Below, in pieces: positions 37,501 to 50,300 of a DNA stretch of 64,000 nucleotides (positions are counted from its first letter, which is position 1; each line of letters opens with the position of its first letter). Location: contig CM082583.2 of assembly GCA_040954595.2 (NCBI GenBank), positions 5,454,849-5,518,848 on the forward strand, in the 5' to 3' direction. The stretch comes from Balanoglossus misakiensis (taxonomy: Eukaryota; Animalia; Hemichordata). Under the pieces are notes generated by a model. The model was not told the DNA's origin and did not search any database. It saw nothing but the letters and a program-made list of their open reading frames with translations. Made by a program: the position numbers and the translations under genes.

Positions 37501-40500
37501 AAACTCACACAACACAATGACAACCCAAATGAAACTAGTTGTGTTTGACCTAAAACTGCCTTCAAGAAGGGCAGAAATGCCATTAGGAACTTACAAGAGA
37601 AACTGCATCAATTTAAAGTTTACTGACCCTAACCCTCACTAACGATGAAGAATTACTTCCTTGTAGAAGTATCTACACTGTGCATATTCTTGCTCAGTGT
37701 GACTTCGTGTACTTTAATTGAAAAACAGCTTGATCCCTAAAATCATGACTGCATCTAGTTCTGTGGTCTGTTTTTTTTAATCAAGATTTCATTCTACATT
37801 TCCATGTGCATGGATGTTTTCATTTTCTGTGTCAGTGTTCATTACATGTATTGACTGAATCCAAAATACTGAACTTTTTGTGTATGGCAGGTGTATAACA
37901 GGTCTTTCACAGTTTGTCAGAAACCACTGTGATATTGTACTAAATATTCTAACTTTATGATGAGAGAATGTTTGCAATACCTGTGAGCTGGCTTCTTTCT
38001 GACATAACACTAGTTCAGGATGTGTCACTGCACGAAAACCAGTCATACAGATAATGACGCTGCCAGGTTATTTGAAAAATATGACCATGTATGGACAAGG
38101 ACTCTGCATGCAGTGTACTGTAAAGGTTGGCGATAGCCGGTAAATAGCAGAAGATGGGAAAAAGTAGGTCAAATTGTACACCACCTATAATTTCACTTTC
38201 ACTGTGAATAGATGCAAAGAGAGTGTGGGTGGGTCTTGCTTGGTACCGGTCTGTGTTACCCTCACACTGAGTCATGTATTGTACGTGATTTAACAAAAGA
38301 AGATTACAAATACATGTATGACATGTAAGGGTATAAGGCTGACCAAAGAAATTTCTATAAGTTCTTAAATTGAATGGCTTTTAAAATAAAAAAAATCTTT
38401 ATGATTGGTCTATATGATTAGTCTCCCAAAAATAGTCCCTTGACTAGAACTTGTAGCTGAAAAAAACTTGTTCAATACACCAAGCCAGAAGTAAAAAATA
38501 AAGTTTTGTTCATTTTTACTTCCTTTTAAATTGTTAGTTGATTGATTGAAATAGCGATTGTGTGAAATCTTGTTGCTTGTAAGAGGAAAAAAGGTCCACA
38601 GGCCCCTGTACAACTGTGTAATGAATAGTTTTCAAAGGGGAATCTGTTTGTTCACAATGAAAAAGGGAACTGTAGGTGACTACATGTACATACAAATAGC
38701 TGTGTGGTAACAAGTTCAAACTTGCAAAGTGTTAAGACAGTCTGCAGCAGACTGAAAACTTGGATGAACACCTGGGGAATTTTCACCTGGGGAATACATC
38801 AGATGGAGTCACATGGGTGGCAACAAGGATAACTTTTGTGCGGCCCCTGTATGTCATCTTTGACATAAATAAGCCATCAGCTGTTGCGATAGTCTCTGTT
38901 GTCAACTATTATCGTAATTATTAGCTTAACCCTTGGCTCTTAAAACACTTTGTGGCATCTGTCAGTGTTTGGAAGCTCTCTCGACATCCTTTTTAGACTT
39001 GAATGATTTAATAGACGTACATTGTACTCCAGGACTTTGCGATGGTTGTTGCCAGGACGACGTGAATGCATCTGTGCTGCCTGTCATTCTACACAGAGAA
39101 TAATTATTACACATTTCTCCATCATTGTAACATTAATATTCTGAAGCAGTTGCGTGTGCTGACAGTTGCTATAATTATAAAATGTCCCGCGTAATATGAA
39201 ACTTGAGGTGAACTTTTCTTGTGAAGAATGAATGAATGAATCCTTCGCAGAAGTGAATGTTGAATGAAAGTTATGAATTCAGCCATAAAGGAATAGAGTT
39301 GACATCTTTATATTTGTTTTTGTTTAGTTTCCGGTGGGGAACAACTGGTCGTGAGCAGAAAAACATGCCAGCTACGGAAAAATTAATGCAGTTAAACTCA
39401 AAGAAATGTGTTGTTTTATAAGTGTTGTACAAACATGCTTACATTGTACATCTTCATTTTTAAATAGTCAGTTGCACCACCATTTTATAGGCCTCTGTAA
39501 TATTAAATATCAGGGAAGGACGTTCTAAATGCACATTGAAAGGTTTCACTTTCCAAGGCCACTGACTGTTCATGGTCAGGTTTCAGTTCCCAGGGTCATT
39601 TTTAAAGGTCACGTTTCAGATCTTGGGGTCAATGTTGTGTTTGTGATGGAGATCTTTCTGGTATTAAAAAAAGTGCAAGTTTCTGTCTTCCGTTGAAATT
39701 GTAATCCAGTATGAGTCATAATCTCAAGACCAGTCCAACTTTGTAAGGGAAACGCTGCTTCCCGCTGTTTAGTTGGAGTATACATGTAGTGAATACGCTT
39801 CCCAAATTTCAAAGGAGATTGTAGGCGGTATTATGTACTGTCCATAATATCTTCTAGATTTCATTTTAGAGTTTCACCCGACACATGTCGTACATAAAAC
39901 AAACATGTTTGTCACTGACATCAGATGATCTTTTCATGGCCGACATCGCATACAATGACGTTTACACGACCTCGCATTTGACCTATTGATCCCCGACCTC
40001 ATCGTAGACAAAAGCTCTTTGTTTTTCTGCCAGACAAGGTCTATTTTGGGAATACGGTGGGAGAAAAAAATGTTCGGTGAAAAATGAGGTCCTAACGAGG
40101 TTTACAACAGACTGCAAATCTTGAGTGATTTACTTAGTGGCTGTTACTGGGTATAAAATTTATGCTTGGATTTTACTGTGGTGTAAAATTTGTTGTGGAA
40201 TTTACAGGGCTCTTGTCTTAATATGGGAAAGCTCTCTTTATATAGAGCTACAAGTTCAGATAGATTCTGTAAACAGCATCACCATTAAAGGGGCAGTAGA
40301 TGTAAGTCATGATAATATTTTCAGTATTTTATTTTGTGTATCCAATAGAATTTCCTGTTATAGTCCATTAAAATTGTTGACAAGCCCAGTATTCTGCTTG
40401 TCATCAATGGCCGATTACTGTGGCAACCTGGATGAAATTTATTTCATGATGGCTGACTAAAAATACAGTACCTTGCTATAATAATTGTGAATGAAAATAC

Positions 40501-40974
40501 CAAGGAAGCCCGGATTTTCTGTTTTGATCATCCCGGAAAAAACTAGAGGGTGACCTCAACCTTTCTTGTATTTGAGAGCAATGACACAGTGACTCAGGCA
40601 ACAGTCGGAGGAAACGCCCTTGAAAAGTGTCGTGTAATGGTTTTGTACACAATCTGGTCCTTTCATAAAGCAATTGTAGTTCATATATATGTTTCCACTT
40701 GTGTATCTTGCTTGTTATTGTACTATCCTGACATCATTAAGTGAATTCTCAGTCCTTCAAGTTCATTGATTTCCTGCCGTAGAAGTTCACAAAAAATATT
40801 AAAGCCAAATGCTTTAAAATCTCCCGTGGTGGCTGTGTATTTCAGACAGGTACCCCTCACGTAATGCTGTGTAGGTATACTTGAGACACCATTAGTTATT
40901 GAATTATACATGTACATATAGGTGCAGTACTGTATAAGACGAGGTCAAAGGTCACTGAGAAATACCATTTAAAT

Positions 40975-41101
40975 CAATCTGATTAAAATCAGATGTAGGG
41001 AACGGCGACTTGTTTTTTTTATGCTGTCGCCTCACACTATCTGTCGCGACAGCATAAAAAAACCAAGTCGCCGTTCCCTACATCTGATTTTAATCAGATT
41101 G
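40975..41101. mobile_element. 127-bp hairpin MITE, Mutator-like
   Basis: 56-bp TIRs (40975-41030 and 41046-41101, one mismatch), 15-bp spacer, 9-bp direct flank CATTTAAAT at 40966-40974 and 41102-41110. Confidence 0.85.
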
Positions 41102-41593
41102 CATTTAAATGTGAGTTTGCGCTGGAAGAGTATATAGTGGAATTGGTGTGACTGCAGTAGGATTAATCCCACTTGAGGAGATCACTCAGTGACAGGATCA
41201 TGTTGTGTCCTATTTTCAGTCCTTATAAGTTATATCACCGCAATAAAGTTTAAGAGTTCCATACATATATGACATTTAACCTTTGCCAGCAGTTCAGTCA
41301 GACCTACATGTATTTTTTGCTCCATCCTATATTATTTCAGACTAATACATGTCCATACAAGGAAAAAACATAGAAGATCCACTCAGTCTTAAGTATTAAA
41401 GGGAAAGGAAAATACACTATGATTGCAACAAAACTTGGAATTTTAATGAAAAAAGATCATCACAAACTGACTGCAAGAAAGTCTGTATCTGAGTTCAACT
41501 TTCGAATCTCCCTTGCTGACTACTTAGTGGACATCCTCAAAAAGTTATTGTCGTAACAAGTCAACTCTTGTCTGTCATAGTTAACTGTTGTTT

Positions 41594-41609
41594 CGCCCTC
41601 TAGTGGCCA
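41594..41609 (-). promoter_or_regulatory. CTCF-like motif
   Basis: Reverse complement TGGCCACTAGAGGGCG matches the CTCF core consensus. Confidence 0.5.
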
Positions 41610-41908
41610 ACAAAGTGGCAAACATGAACATTTTCTTGATATGTACAGCTGTATGAGGTTCCTTTGACATCGTGTTTTAGCAAAGTATGTCAAAATTGAT
41701 TGTGATTTTTTTCATTTCCTTCCAATATATTTAGGGTCTTTGTCGGTGCCATTTAGGAATTTGAATTTCATGTTTGTGAGACATGTCAAAATTGAAACTA
41801 AAGGGATAGTTGAGCTAACAAAACAGGGCATTTCTCCTGTTGAACTTTGTGTCAACTTCACACATTTTTGCTGATCAATGCATTGTTAGCAGCCTGGATC
41901 CCTTTTAA

Positions 41909-41993
41909 CCCTTTCACCACAATGGTTCAGTCCAAACCCATTGTTTTCTATGGTAAGGTTGGACCTCTAAAGAGGGAACTGGGGGTGAAAGGG
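41909..41993. mobile_element. 85-bp piggyBac-like MITE
   Basis: TTAA-CCCTTTCACC ... GGTGAAAGGG-TTAA: 10-bp TIR with CCC termini and TTAA TSD. Confidence 0.7.
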
Positions 41994-44740
41994 TTAAGTT
42001 GGAGTATTTAGTACATGTACTAGCTAAATATTGCAGTTGTTTCTGAAATGATAACATTTGTGTATTGTTACATACTGGTGTTACATGTATATATCCTGTG
42101 CAACAGTTAGATTTATATGTGCTAGATGTATAATTTCCCTATTCACGGTCCAACTATTTTTGTATTAGCCACATTCACCACAGCTTCTGCGAGATGTGCT
42201 CCCTCACTCTGATTATAATTTAGATTGGCTATTTATTCTGTCAATTACCGTAGCTTGTTCTCGGCCACAAAACCAGACTGTTTTTAAGTCCCTGTAGGCC
42301 GTCGGAGATTTCCTGTGAGCTACACGGGTGAAACAGATGTAACTGATGTGTTCAGATGAAATGTGTTCTCGATAAAACCTCTTGACGAGACACATCAAAC
42401 TGATCGAGTATGTTGTGTGTGGTCAGCTCGAGTCCAAGATGTCGTTTGCCATGGCAACGTTTGCAGTTCGGAAAATCAAACAAATCTGATAAAACGCATC
42501 ATTGAACAAAGACAGAAGCGTTTCTGTTCAGTGCCGGTGTTGTTGATTATCAAAACATAGCGTGTGTTTTTTAATGAGAAACAAATCCTGTGATGGTCTT
42601 TGCATGGTCGCCGCTACAGTTTAGTGGCTTGTGTTTATCTCATCACGCAAACGTGGGAAACAAAATTTCCCCATGTTAGCTTGATTTACACTTGCGCACC
42701 AGATTTCCTTCGGCTCAAATGATAGCATACAAGCACTTTCCCCGTATATCATTGACGGTGCCCATTGCCATATGATTTACAATTTGGGAACCCTCAATTC
42801 AAAGGTCAAGGGTCATTTGTCTACCCATACCATCCAGTGGTGTCTCGTTGTTGCTTTTGATTCCGTGATTTCTCGTTCAGAGACACACAGACCTTCCCTC
42901 AACCTACATTTTTTGTATCTCCTGACCTCTGTGTCGTTTAACTGCATTAATTGTCCATTGCCACACCAGTGCAAATTTGTCCATATGGTTTTGTCATTGT
43001 TCCTCCCTTAATAGACGGGGGAAAACAGTGTATTATTTTATATATGGTGGGCTCTGTAAACATCTGATGATTGATTTGTCTGAACACAAAGATTTTATTG
43101 CTGGTTTGATTTAGTGGTGATCTTTGTGTTTTACTTTCATAATTCAAAAATCAGTAGGGTTTCTTGTGTGGACTTAAACACAAGTGTTTTTCCTAGCAAG
43201 ACATTGTTTTGTCAATTTTGTATTTTTCGCAAATAATGTGTTGATCCCAAATGTATGCTAGTTACCTGTTTATATATGTAGTAACTAAGTTCCAAAGCCT
43301 CAGTCCTGAATCAGTAGTTTTGCCACTGAGGGCCAACACAGAATCCTGATGTGTAACACCTGATGGCGACTAGTACATGTTGCACCAAAAAAGTCGCACG
43401 ATACAGTATACCAAATGACAAGTGCATACAGTACAGCATCAAAGGCATGAAATGCAAGACTATCTGACTTGCAGACTTCTGAGTACATGTTGTGTTTTGA
43501 TACTTTCCCCACTTGGACGGTGTGCTGTCATGGCTACTGAGAGTGGCCGGCAGGATGTTGCCATGACAACCCTCCCTGTCACATTGTTGCCATGGCCACA
43601 AAGCGGATGTCATTTAGTAACAGCAACAAAGTGACTTGTGTTGCCATGTAAGTTATAACCATGATGTGCGCTGTGCTACAGGTGTACATATAATGCATGC
43701 TGTGACCTTGTATTACATACATACGTACATGTACATGTATTGTGACACATGCATGTATCCCGTAACCTCTGGTGCGACCACACAAGAAGACGGAAGACAA
43801 TGAACTTGTACAAGCCGTAAATTATTTTAATACTGTTAATCTGTCAATGTTATGTCTTCGTGTCTTTTGTCACACGGGGGGAACAAAAATGTATGAAAAT
43901 GGCTGTTGACACTTCAGGAAAAAATCTATCATTTTCTTGAAAATAAGACAGTGAGAATGCCCAATATTTAATTTACACGTACTGTTTTGAAAATGGCTGC
44001 CCACGAGCGTGTACGCTACAAATATTAAGGTTGAATTTTTAGAAGCGGAAAAGCCATCACAGAGAGCAGCATCTGTCTTTAATCACAAGCATATCAAATC
44101 ATCGAGAGCAAAACCACATCGCGCATCTCTGATTACTTGTGTAATGACATACATTGGAAGTCTTTGCTTAGGTTTCATCGCCATGGTAACAGGGATGGGG
44201 GACACCAAGTAGCTAGTAAATTTTCGTGATTTATACCCTGGTTTAGAATATTTTGTCAGGGGGTGCCATGGCAACGGGGATGGAGAAAACTGACATTTCA
44301 GAAATTTTTTTGGATATGAGATCGCTGTCACAGTGTGAAAGACACTCAAAGTATACCGCCATATCATGTAACATACAATTTTATATCACATCCTGTTCTA
44401 CATGAATATAATATTATACCTTGACACTGGCGATGGGTTTTCGCTGGTTTTTCGCAGAAATTTCAGCCGTAAATTTACGAGAGTCACAGTCCGAATGAAA
44501 GCACAGATTCGCATGGCGTGACCTGACCCCTATTATTGTAATGCTTTTCATTGTTCCAGTAAGTAATGTGCTGTTAGTTTTACGATAAATGTGGTTCACT
44601 CCGAGGGCAAACTCGACGGGGGTGACTCTCTGTACTTTGTGTACATAATAGCCTACAACTGGAATTATTATAATGTTGGATTCCGCGCGTAGATGTTTAG
44701 CCCCACTGTGTTCATACCATGTCTCTTTTCTCTCTTTCTG

Positions 44741-44870
44741 TGACTCATTATTAGGAGAGGAAAAACCGCAGCGACGCTGCCCGCTGATTGGACGACCGGG
44801 ATCCTGGGGTCATCAGAACGGAAGTCTTCTTTATCACTTGTGAGGTTTCTAATCTTCCAGTGTGAGGTAG
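44741..44870 (+). promoter_or_regulatory. Candidate second SHC promoter and non-coding first exon
   Basis: AP-1 TGACTCA at 44741, CCAAT box (CTGATTGG), ETS CGGAAGT, CpG cluster, donor tag|gtaagc at 44870. Confidence 0.4.
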
Positions 44871-46820
44871 GTAAGCAGGAACCATCTGTTGTTGTAGGGG
44901 AGGGAAGGGGGGGGGGACTGCGAGATGATTCAGAGAGAAAGATTTTTTGTGTGTGTAAAGATGAGTTTATTTCAACGCGCTGAAAATGGATTTGAGTGGT
45001 GGGTCTGATGAATAAATCCGTTGTCGGTAAAAGAAGGGCAGAGATTGTACCGGGGCTGGAGCATCTCTGCTGTAACTCCCCCGCGACCAGAGAGGAATCT
45101 CCCTACTGGCGTACGAGGATCGGAAGTATCACATACTGTGGTATTTACTGCTCGAGCATCATGGAGACGTCTGTCCGCTGAAAAAACTGTCAACAGGCAG
45201 GCCGGTTTGAGGGAGAGCTGAGAGGATCGTGTTACAAATTGAAATATGAGAGGACATTGAACTGATTAATAGGGAGATATTCTCATGAGCAGAAAGAGAG
45301 AGAGAGAGTAAAAAAAAAGCATTGAGGCTCGAGTCTCTGGGAAAATTGTGGCCTATTTCTGAAATAATGTCTAACTATGAAATGTGAAATGATTATCAAA
45401 TGTGCTTACTGTGTTGAGAAATGTGATCTGGAAAGGGTGCGAACAGATAGATACTAACAGAAATTTAGATGTCCCTGTCTTGGGAAGACTTAATTTGTTC
45501 CAAATTTAATCTGTTGATTAAAATGGAAACGTGCTGAGAGCCAAAATGTTGTTGACAGCAGAAATTATGGATGCGTGATGACATCTTTGAAGAAAATTAT
45601 CACCCTCTTCATCATGTTGGCCTTGGTTACCCCTGCACGGAGAAGTGGTGTCTCCCAATTCAGTTGAGGATTGCAATCAGTGAATGTGTGTGTGTGTGCG
45701 TATATACCTTATCAGAACACTTGGTAGGAAAGAACATAGCAGCTTTCACTTGGTGTTTAATGGGGATGAGGAGTAGAGCGGCGATCTTTATAATTTATCA
45801 GTCGGCAACCGGGGGAAACGGGCAGGCCAGCCGTTCCTTGCTGTCATCGCGGTGGACGTGCAGTGTGCCAGTCAGCTGTCACCTGTGTGTGCCCCTCTGA
45901 GAGCTGCCACGGAGGACACACGGTACTTTTTATGTACTCCTACAGGAAGTTCAGACCCTTCCCAGCTGTTTCTGTGCTGTGGGTTTGTTGTTCATCTGCT
46001 GGGTGGCCAGTGGACGTCCAGCTTCCTTCAGTGGCTATATATATATGATATACATCTGCATGGTGTGGCTGCATGGTTGACAGTTATCCATGTCACATCC
46101 TGATACAGCCTATATATATATCTATATATCAGTGTGCCACCAGCTATTCAGCTGTACGGTTTTGGCGTTTGCTGGTGGTCAGTTTATCACGGGTTCTCTC
46201 TCTGCTCCCCCAAGAGTGAGTGTAATTGAAATTATCCCTGCCAGTCAAGAAACTTCCCAGGACAGAAGTGTCTACGTCGCAGATTGGAACTCGGATTAGA
46301 GAAGAGTTACGTCCGCTCACTGGCGCTGCCTTGAGTGGTCATCTTGACTTTCTCCGCTGGCCGCTGTCTCTTGCGGACAAAATTTGCGGTTGGATGCAGG
46401 AACAGCACTGACCAAGAACACCAGATTTCGTATTTCGTGCGATATTCAGCTATCTTGCTCCTTTCAGTATTCTTGGTTACACTAAATCTAAAGAAGTTTC
46501 TGATGTCTTAGACTGAATTGTCATTAGCTCAGCTGTCAATAATCAAGCCTCGTTCATCTAAGCTTTCTGAACATTTCCATTTTAACTCGTAAAGAAGATG
46601 TTTCTACACTTCATGCTGTCTTGCATTATGGGATAGATGTGAAAGAAACCCATACTTGAACTATCTGAGAACATCATTAGGCATCTGTCACATTACACAA
46701 CTGTATTCATTCTCTGATCAAGCTGATCATCATTTCCTTTCCACATTGATTATGATGACAATTAATTTCCTGTGATCTATCATAATTTTCTGAGTTTTGA
46801 AATCACCGTTGTTCGATACA

Positions 46821-47162
46821 ATGAACTTCTCAAGATTACAAACTGCCGATTCGATCGCCGACGGGCAGATCCGATTCGACGCCGCCCTAATCCACCAAAT
46901 TCGGCCTACCTCACACACCATGTTCTTTTCCTCGCCCAACCACCGACGTCCCAATAACCGCAAGAAACTGTGGAATTTCAGGCACCCGTCGTTCCTGGCC
47001 ATGGCGGGCATGATCAACCGCATGAGACAGAAGAAAGTGCCGGACGCCAACGCCGGCCAGACCGACTGGAGCAAGAGCGGGAGCTTCATCAACAAGCCGG
47101 CCAGGGGATGGCTGCACCCGGACGAGAAATTGCTTCACGGTGGCGTGTGCTACGGAGTCCGA
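46821..47162 (+). CDS. SHC1: SHC first coding exon (long start 46821; short start 47001)
   Basis: [28 protein letters not shown]; donor cga|gtaagt, phase 0; start codon choice uncertain. Confidence 0.85.
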
Positions 47163-48048
47163 GTAAGTAGAACGTTAATTTTTTTTTTTTCGAAATTCAA
47201 AATACTGTAAACCGAGCTATTTTCGCGATATCAAAAGTGGCATGCTTTTTTTTTCTGATTTTGTGCAATCGAGCTGGTAAAGTAGAAGAAGCAATTGCAG
47301 TCTCCTTGGAAACAGATAATTTCTCCCTCATTGTGGATGATGCTTTGGTGATTTTGAATGGTACAAAGAACACTTGGGGGGAGTCATATTTCTTGTCATA
47401 TTTCTTCTATGCCATCACATCAACAATGTGCAGATTATATCCTCAGCCTGCCTGGTGTGTTTCTGAAAACGTCAGTCGTGTTCTGTCGCCTGAGAAAAAA
47501 TGTTCCCCGTTCTAAAGAGAGAGTTGGAATGATTGGGAATTGAAGAACGTTTATTAGAGAAAATTCTGGCAAGATTTGGATGAGCAAACGCAAAGGAATA
47601 ATTGTTGTTGATACAGTGTATGTGTGTGTGTGTGTGTGACTTGGCATTGTTCTTCTGTGGAGAGTTTTGTGTGTGTATCAGTAGTCTGAATTAACCAGCT
47701 ACGTTCCAAATTTGAAATCTCATATTGCTACTAAACTGAACGAAAAAAACGTGTCCTCAAAACTGGGTCACAAATTAGTCTTTAATAACTTTGACACGAT
47801 TACTTTTCTGAGAAAAATGGACAGCACAAATTCAGACGTGTACAACAGCACAGTCAATTATTTTCCTCGTTGAAAGATTGATATTTGAATCACCGAGGCA
47901 GGAAGGAAGTCACACGGCTAATGAAATAATCACTAGCATATGGAGCATATTCCTCGTAGACACATTCCGTACACACGCATAAAACATGCATGCAGATGTA
48001 CTCACATGTACACACACAGACAGACAAACATACATAGCTCTAACTGAA

Positions 48049-48116
<68 letters not shown>

Positions 48117-50260
48117 GTCTACCTGTCTGTCTCTCTGTCTGTCTCTCTGTCTGTCTGTCTGTACATCTATACATCTATCTATACATCTATACATACATAC
48201 ATGTATTACATACATACACCCACATTAGTTTGTTTATCACAGTGGGGATGTTACATTTCACAAACTGATAGATACAATAAAAAGAGAAAAAGCTCCCATC
48301 CCTACTGGCATGTAGCAGCTCTAATGCCATTAATTGTCTTCATTCATTTGTGTAGTCAGGGCAAATTTTAGTGTGTAGCTGGTAAGAATGATGGGCAAAG
48401 TATGGGCGTGTTTGTACTCATTTTCCAGATATATTTACATCACTGATGGTACTTGGGTACTCTTTGCCTTCTTTTATCCTTTTTAAAGAGTTTTTAAGCA
48501 TACACTAAGAGATTTATGTGGTTCCACAATTGACAAAATGAACTTTTTACCAGCTGGCAAAATAATCATATAGCCACCTTTAAAATTCTTGACTTGAACT
48601 CACATTCCTTCCACCATCTCTGTCGGTGGATGTCTGTACCCGCGAGGGGATGATTTGTTGTATTTGAGCTTCCTCCAGATGTTCAGTTTCTCTACCGCTT
48701 CTTTTTTTTGTTCTGTGATATCCATCGCGGTTTGCCAATGCAATGGATGTTGGCAGGGAAAGCATCAATATTTGGTGGCCTGTTGAGACATTTGCTGGTC
48801 CATGTGTTCAGTTTGTCTTCAAGAAATCGGATTCTGAAATAGGCACATAGACTGATAAACTTAAAAGTGTTGTCCCTTTGACTCTCTATTGCTGGAAGCT
48901 CTAACAAATTGTGGCTGTCTTGTATCAGTTCTGTTGTACAAATGCAGTGTCCCGTAAGACTCCTATAGCATAATGATACTGTTTTTGTCTATGTACGTGT
49001 AATATGAACATTGTTATTGACAGATGAATTCAATTTTCATCAGAGGTGTTCCTGTATAAATATTATTCATCATACTATCTAAAGAGTTTAGTCCCATCCA
49101 TCAGAAGTAATACAAATGAAATCTCACATAAAACAAGGAGTTCATATTGTACGTGATCATGCTTGATTTTGTCAAAGGATTGCATCTTCAGTATTTTTCA
49201 GTTTATTACATGTACCTATATGAAATGAAGCTATCTGCCGCTTGATAGTTCAGATTACACGTGACCTGCGGGCCCCCCAGCGACCATGTTGTTGAGTTGC
49301 GAGATATAACTTGCTGCAGGGACTGTTGTATGATTTGATGGTATCGGCCGGGTCTTGTTTATCATCAGAGTGTACAGCAGCCACGGGAAGTTATATATAC
49401 ACTGGAGATCTGATACACATGGATGTAGAACGCATTGGGGGAACTCAGGACCACTGGGGACTGGGCTTTTTGTTCCGAGAGTGAAACGTGTTAGTGGCCG
49501 ACTGATGTCAAAAAGCAGAGAGTGGATAACAAGAGTTTACAGTGGATTACAAGAGTTTTTTCTCCAATTCCAATGTCGTGTTTGTCACGACGAAGCCTGG
49601 ATGTATTATTTTCGGAGTGCTTTAATGAAACATAAGGGACTAATAGGGATAGGGGACCAATGCAGAGGACAGGATGCTATTTCAGCTCTGAATAATGAAC
49701 ACCAATTTTAAATGACCACCACGATGATCAAGACGAAAATAATGGAAAATATATATAAAATAAGATGGAGGCTAGAACCTCACAAGAAGTTAATGTTAAT
49801 GTGAAGGACACATCCTGGAATTAATATTTCACCATTAGCCCTTAGTATTTTGGATTATTCATGAAATTAAATATTTCCTGTCAGCTGATAATGCAACCAT
49901 TAAGAATTCAGGGATTAGTGCTCATGAAACATACATGTAGATATGTCGGCGTATATGGATCAGCCTGGCCTTTGGCGCTTTTTTCACTGATGTTTCCAAA
50001 ACACCTTTGTTCAAAATATCCCACGTGATTGTAGCTACTCACCAAGTGGTGGGTGTTGGATAGAGTGGGGGTGGGGGCGGCGGTGGGGGTGGGGGAAAAG
50101 ATGAATTGTTGAAAAGGGGACTCCAGCCTTGCTGGAAAAACATGGAGACCCAAGATGTGAGAATTTCTGCCCTTTTGTTTGCTCTGCAAAGACATGAAAT
50201 GCAGGCAATTGTTACATGTGGTGTGTCCCACCATTATCATCATCGCCCTTGTCGTCGTCG

Positions 50261-50300
<40 letters not shown>

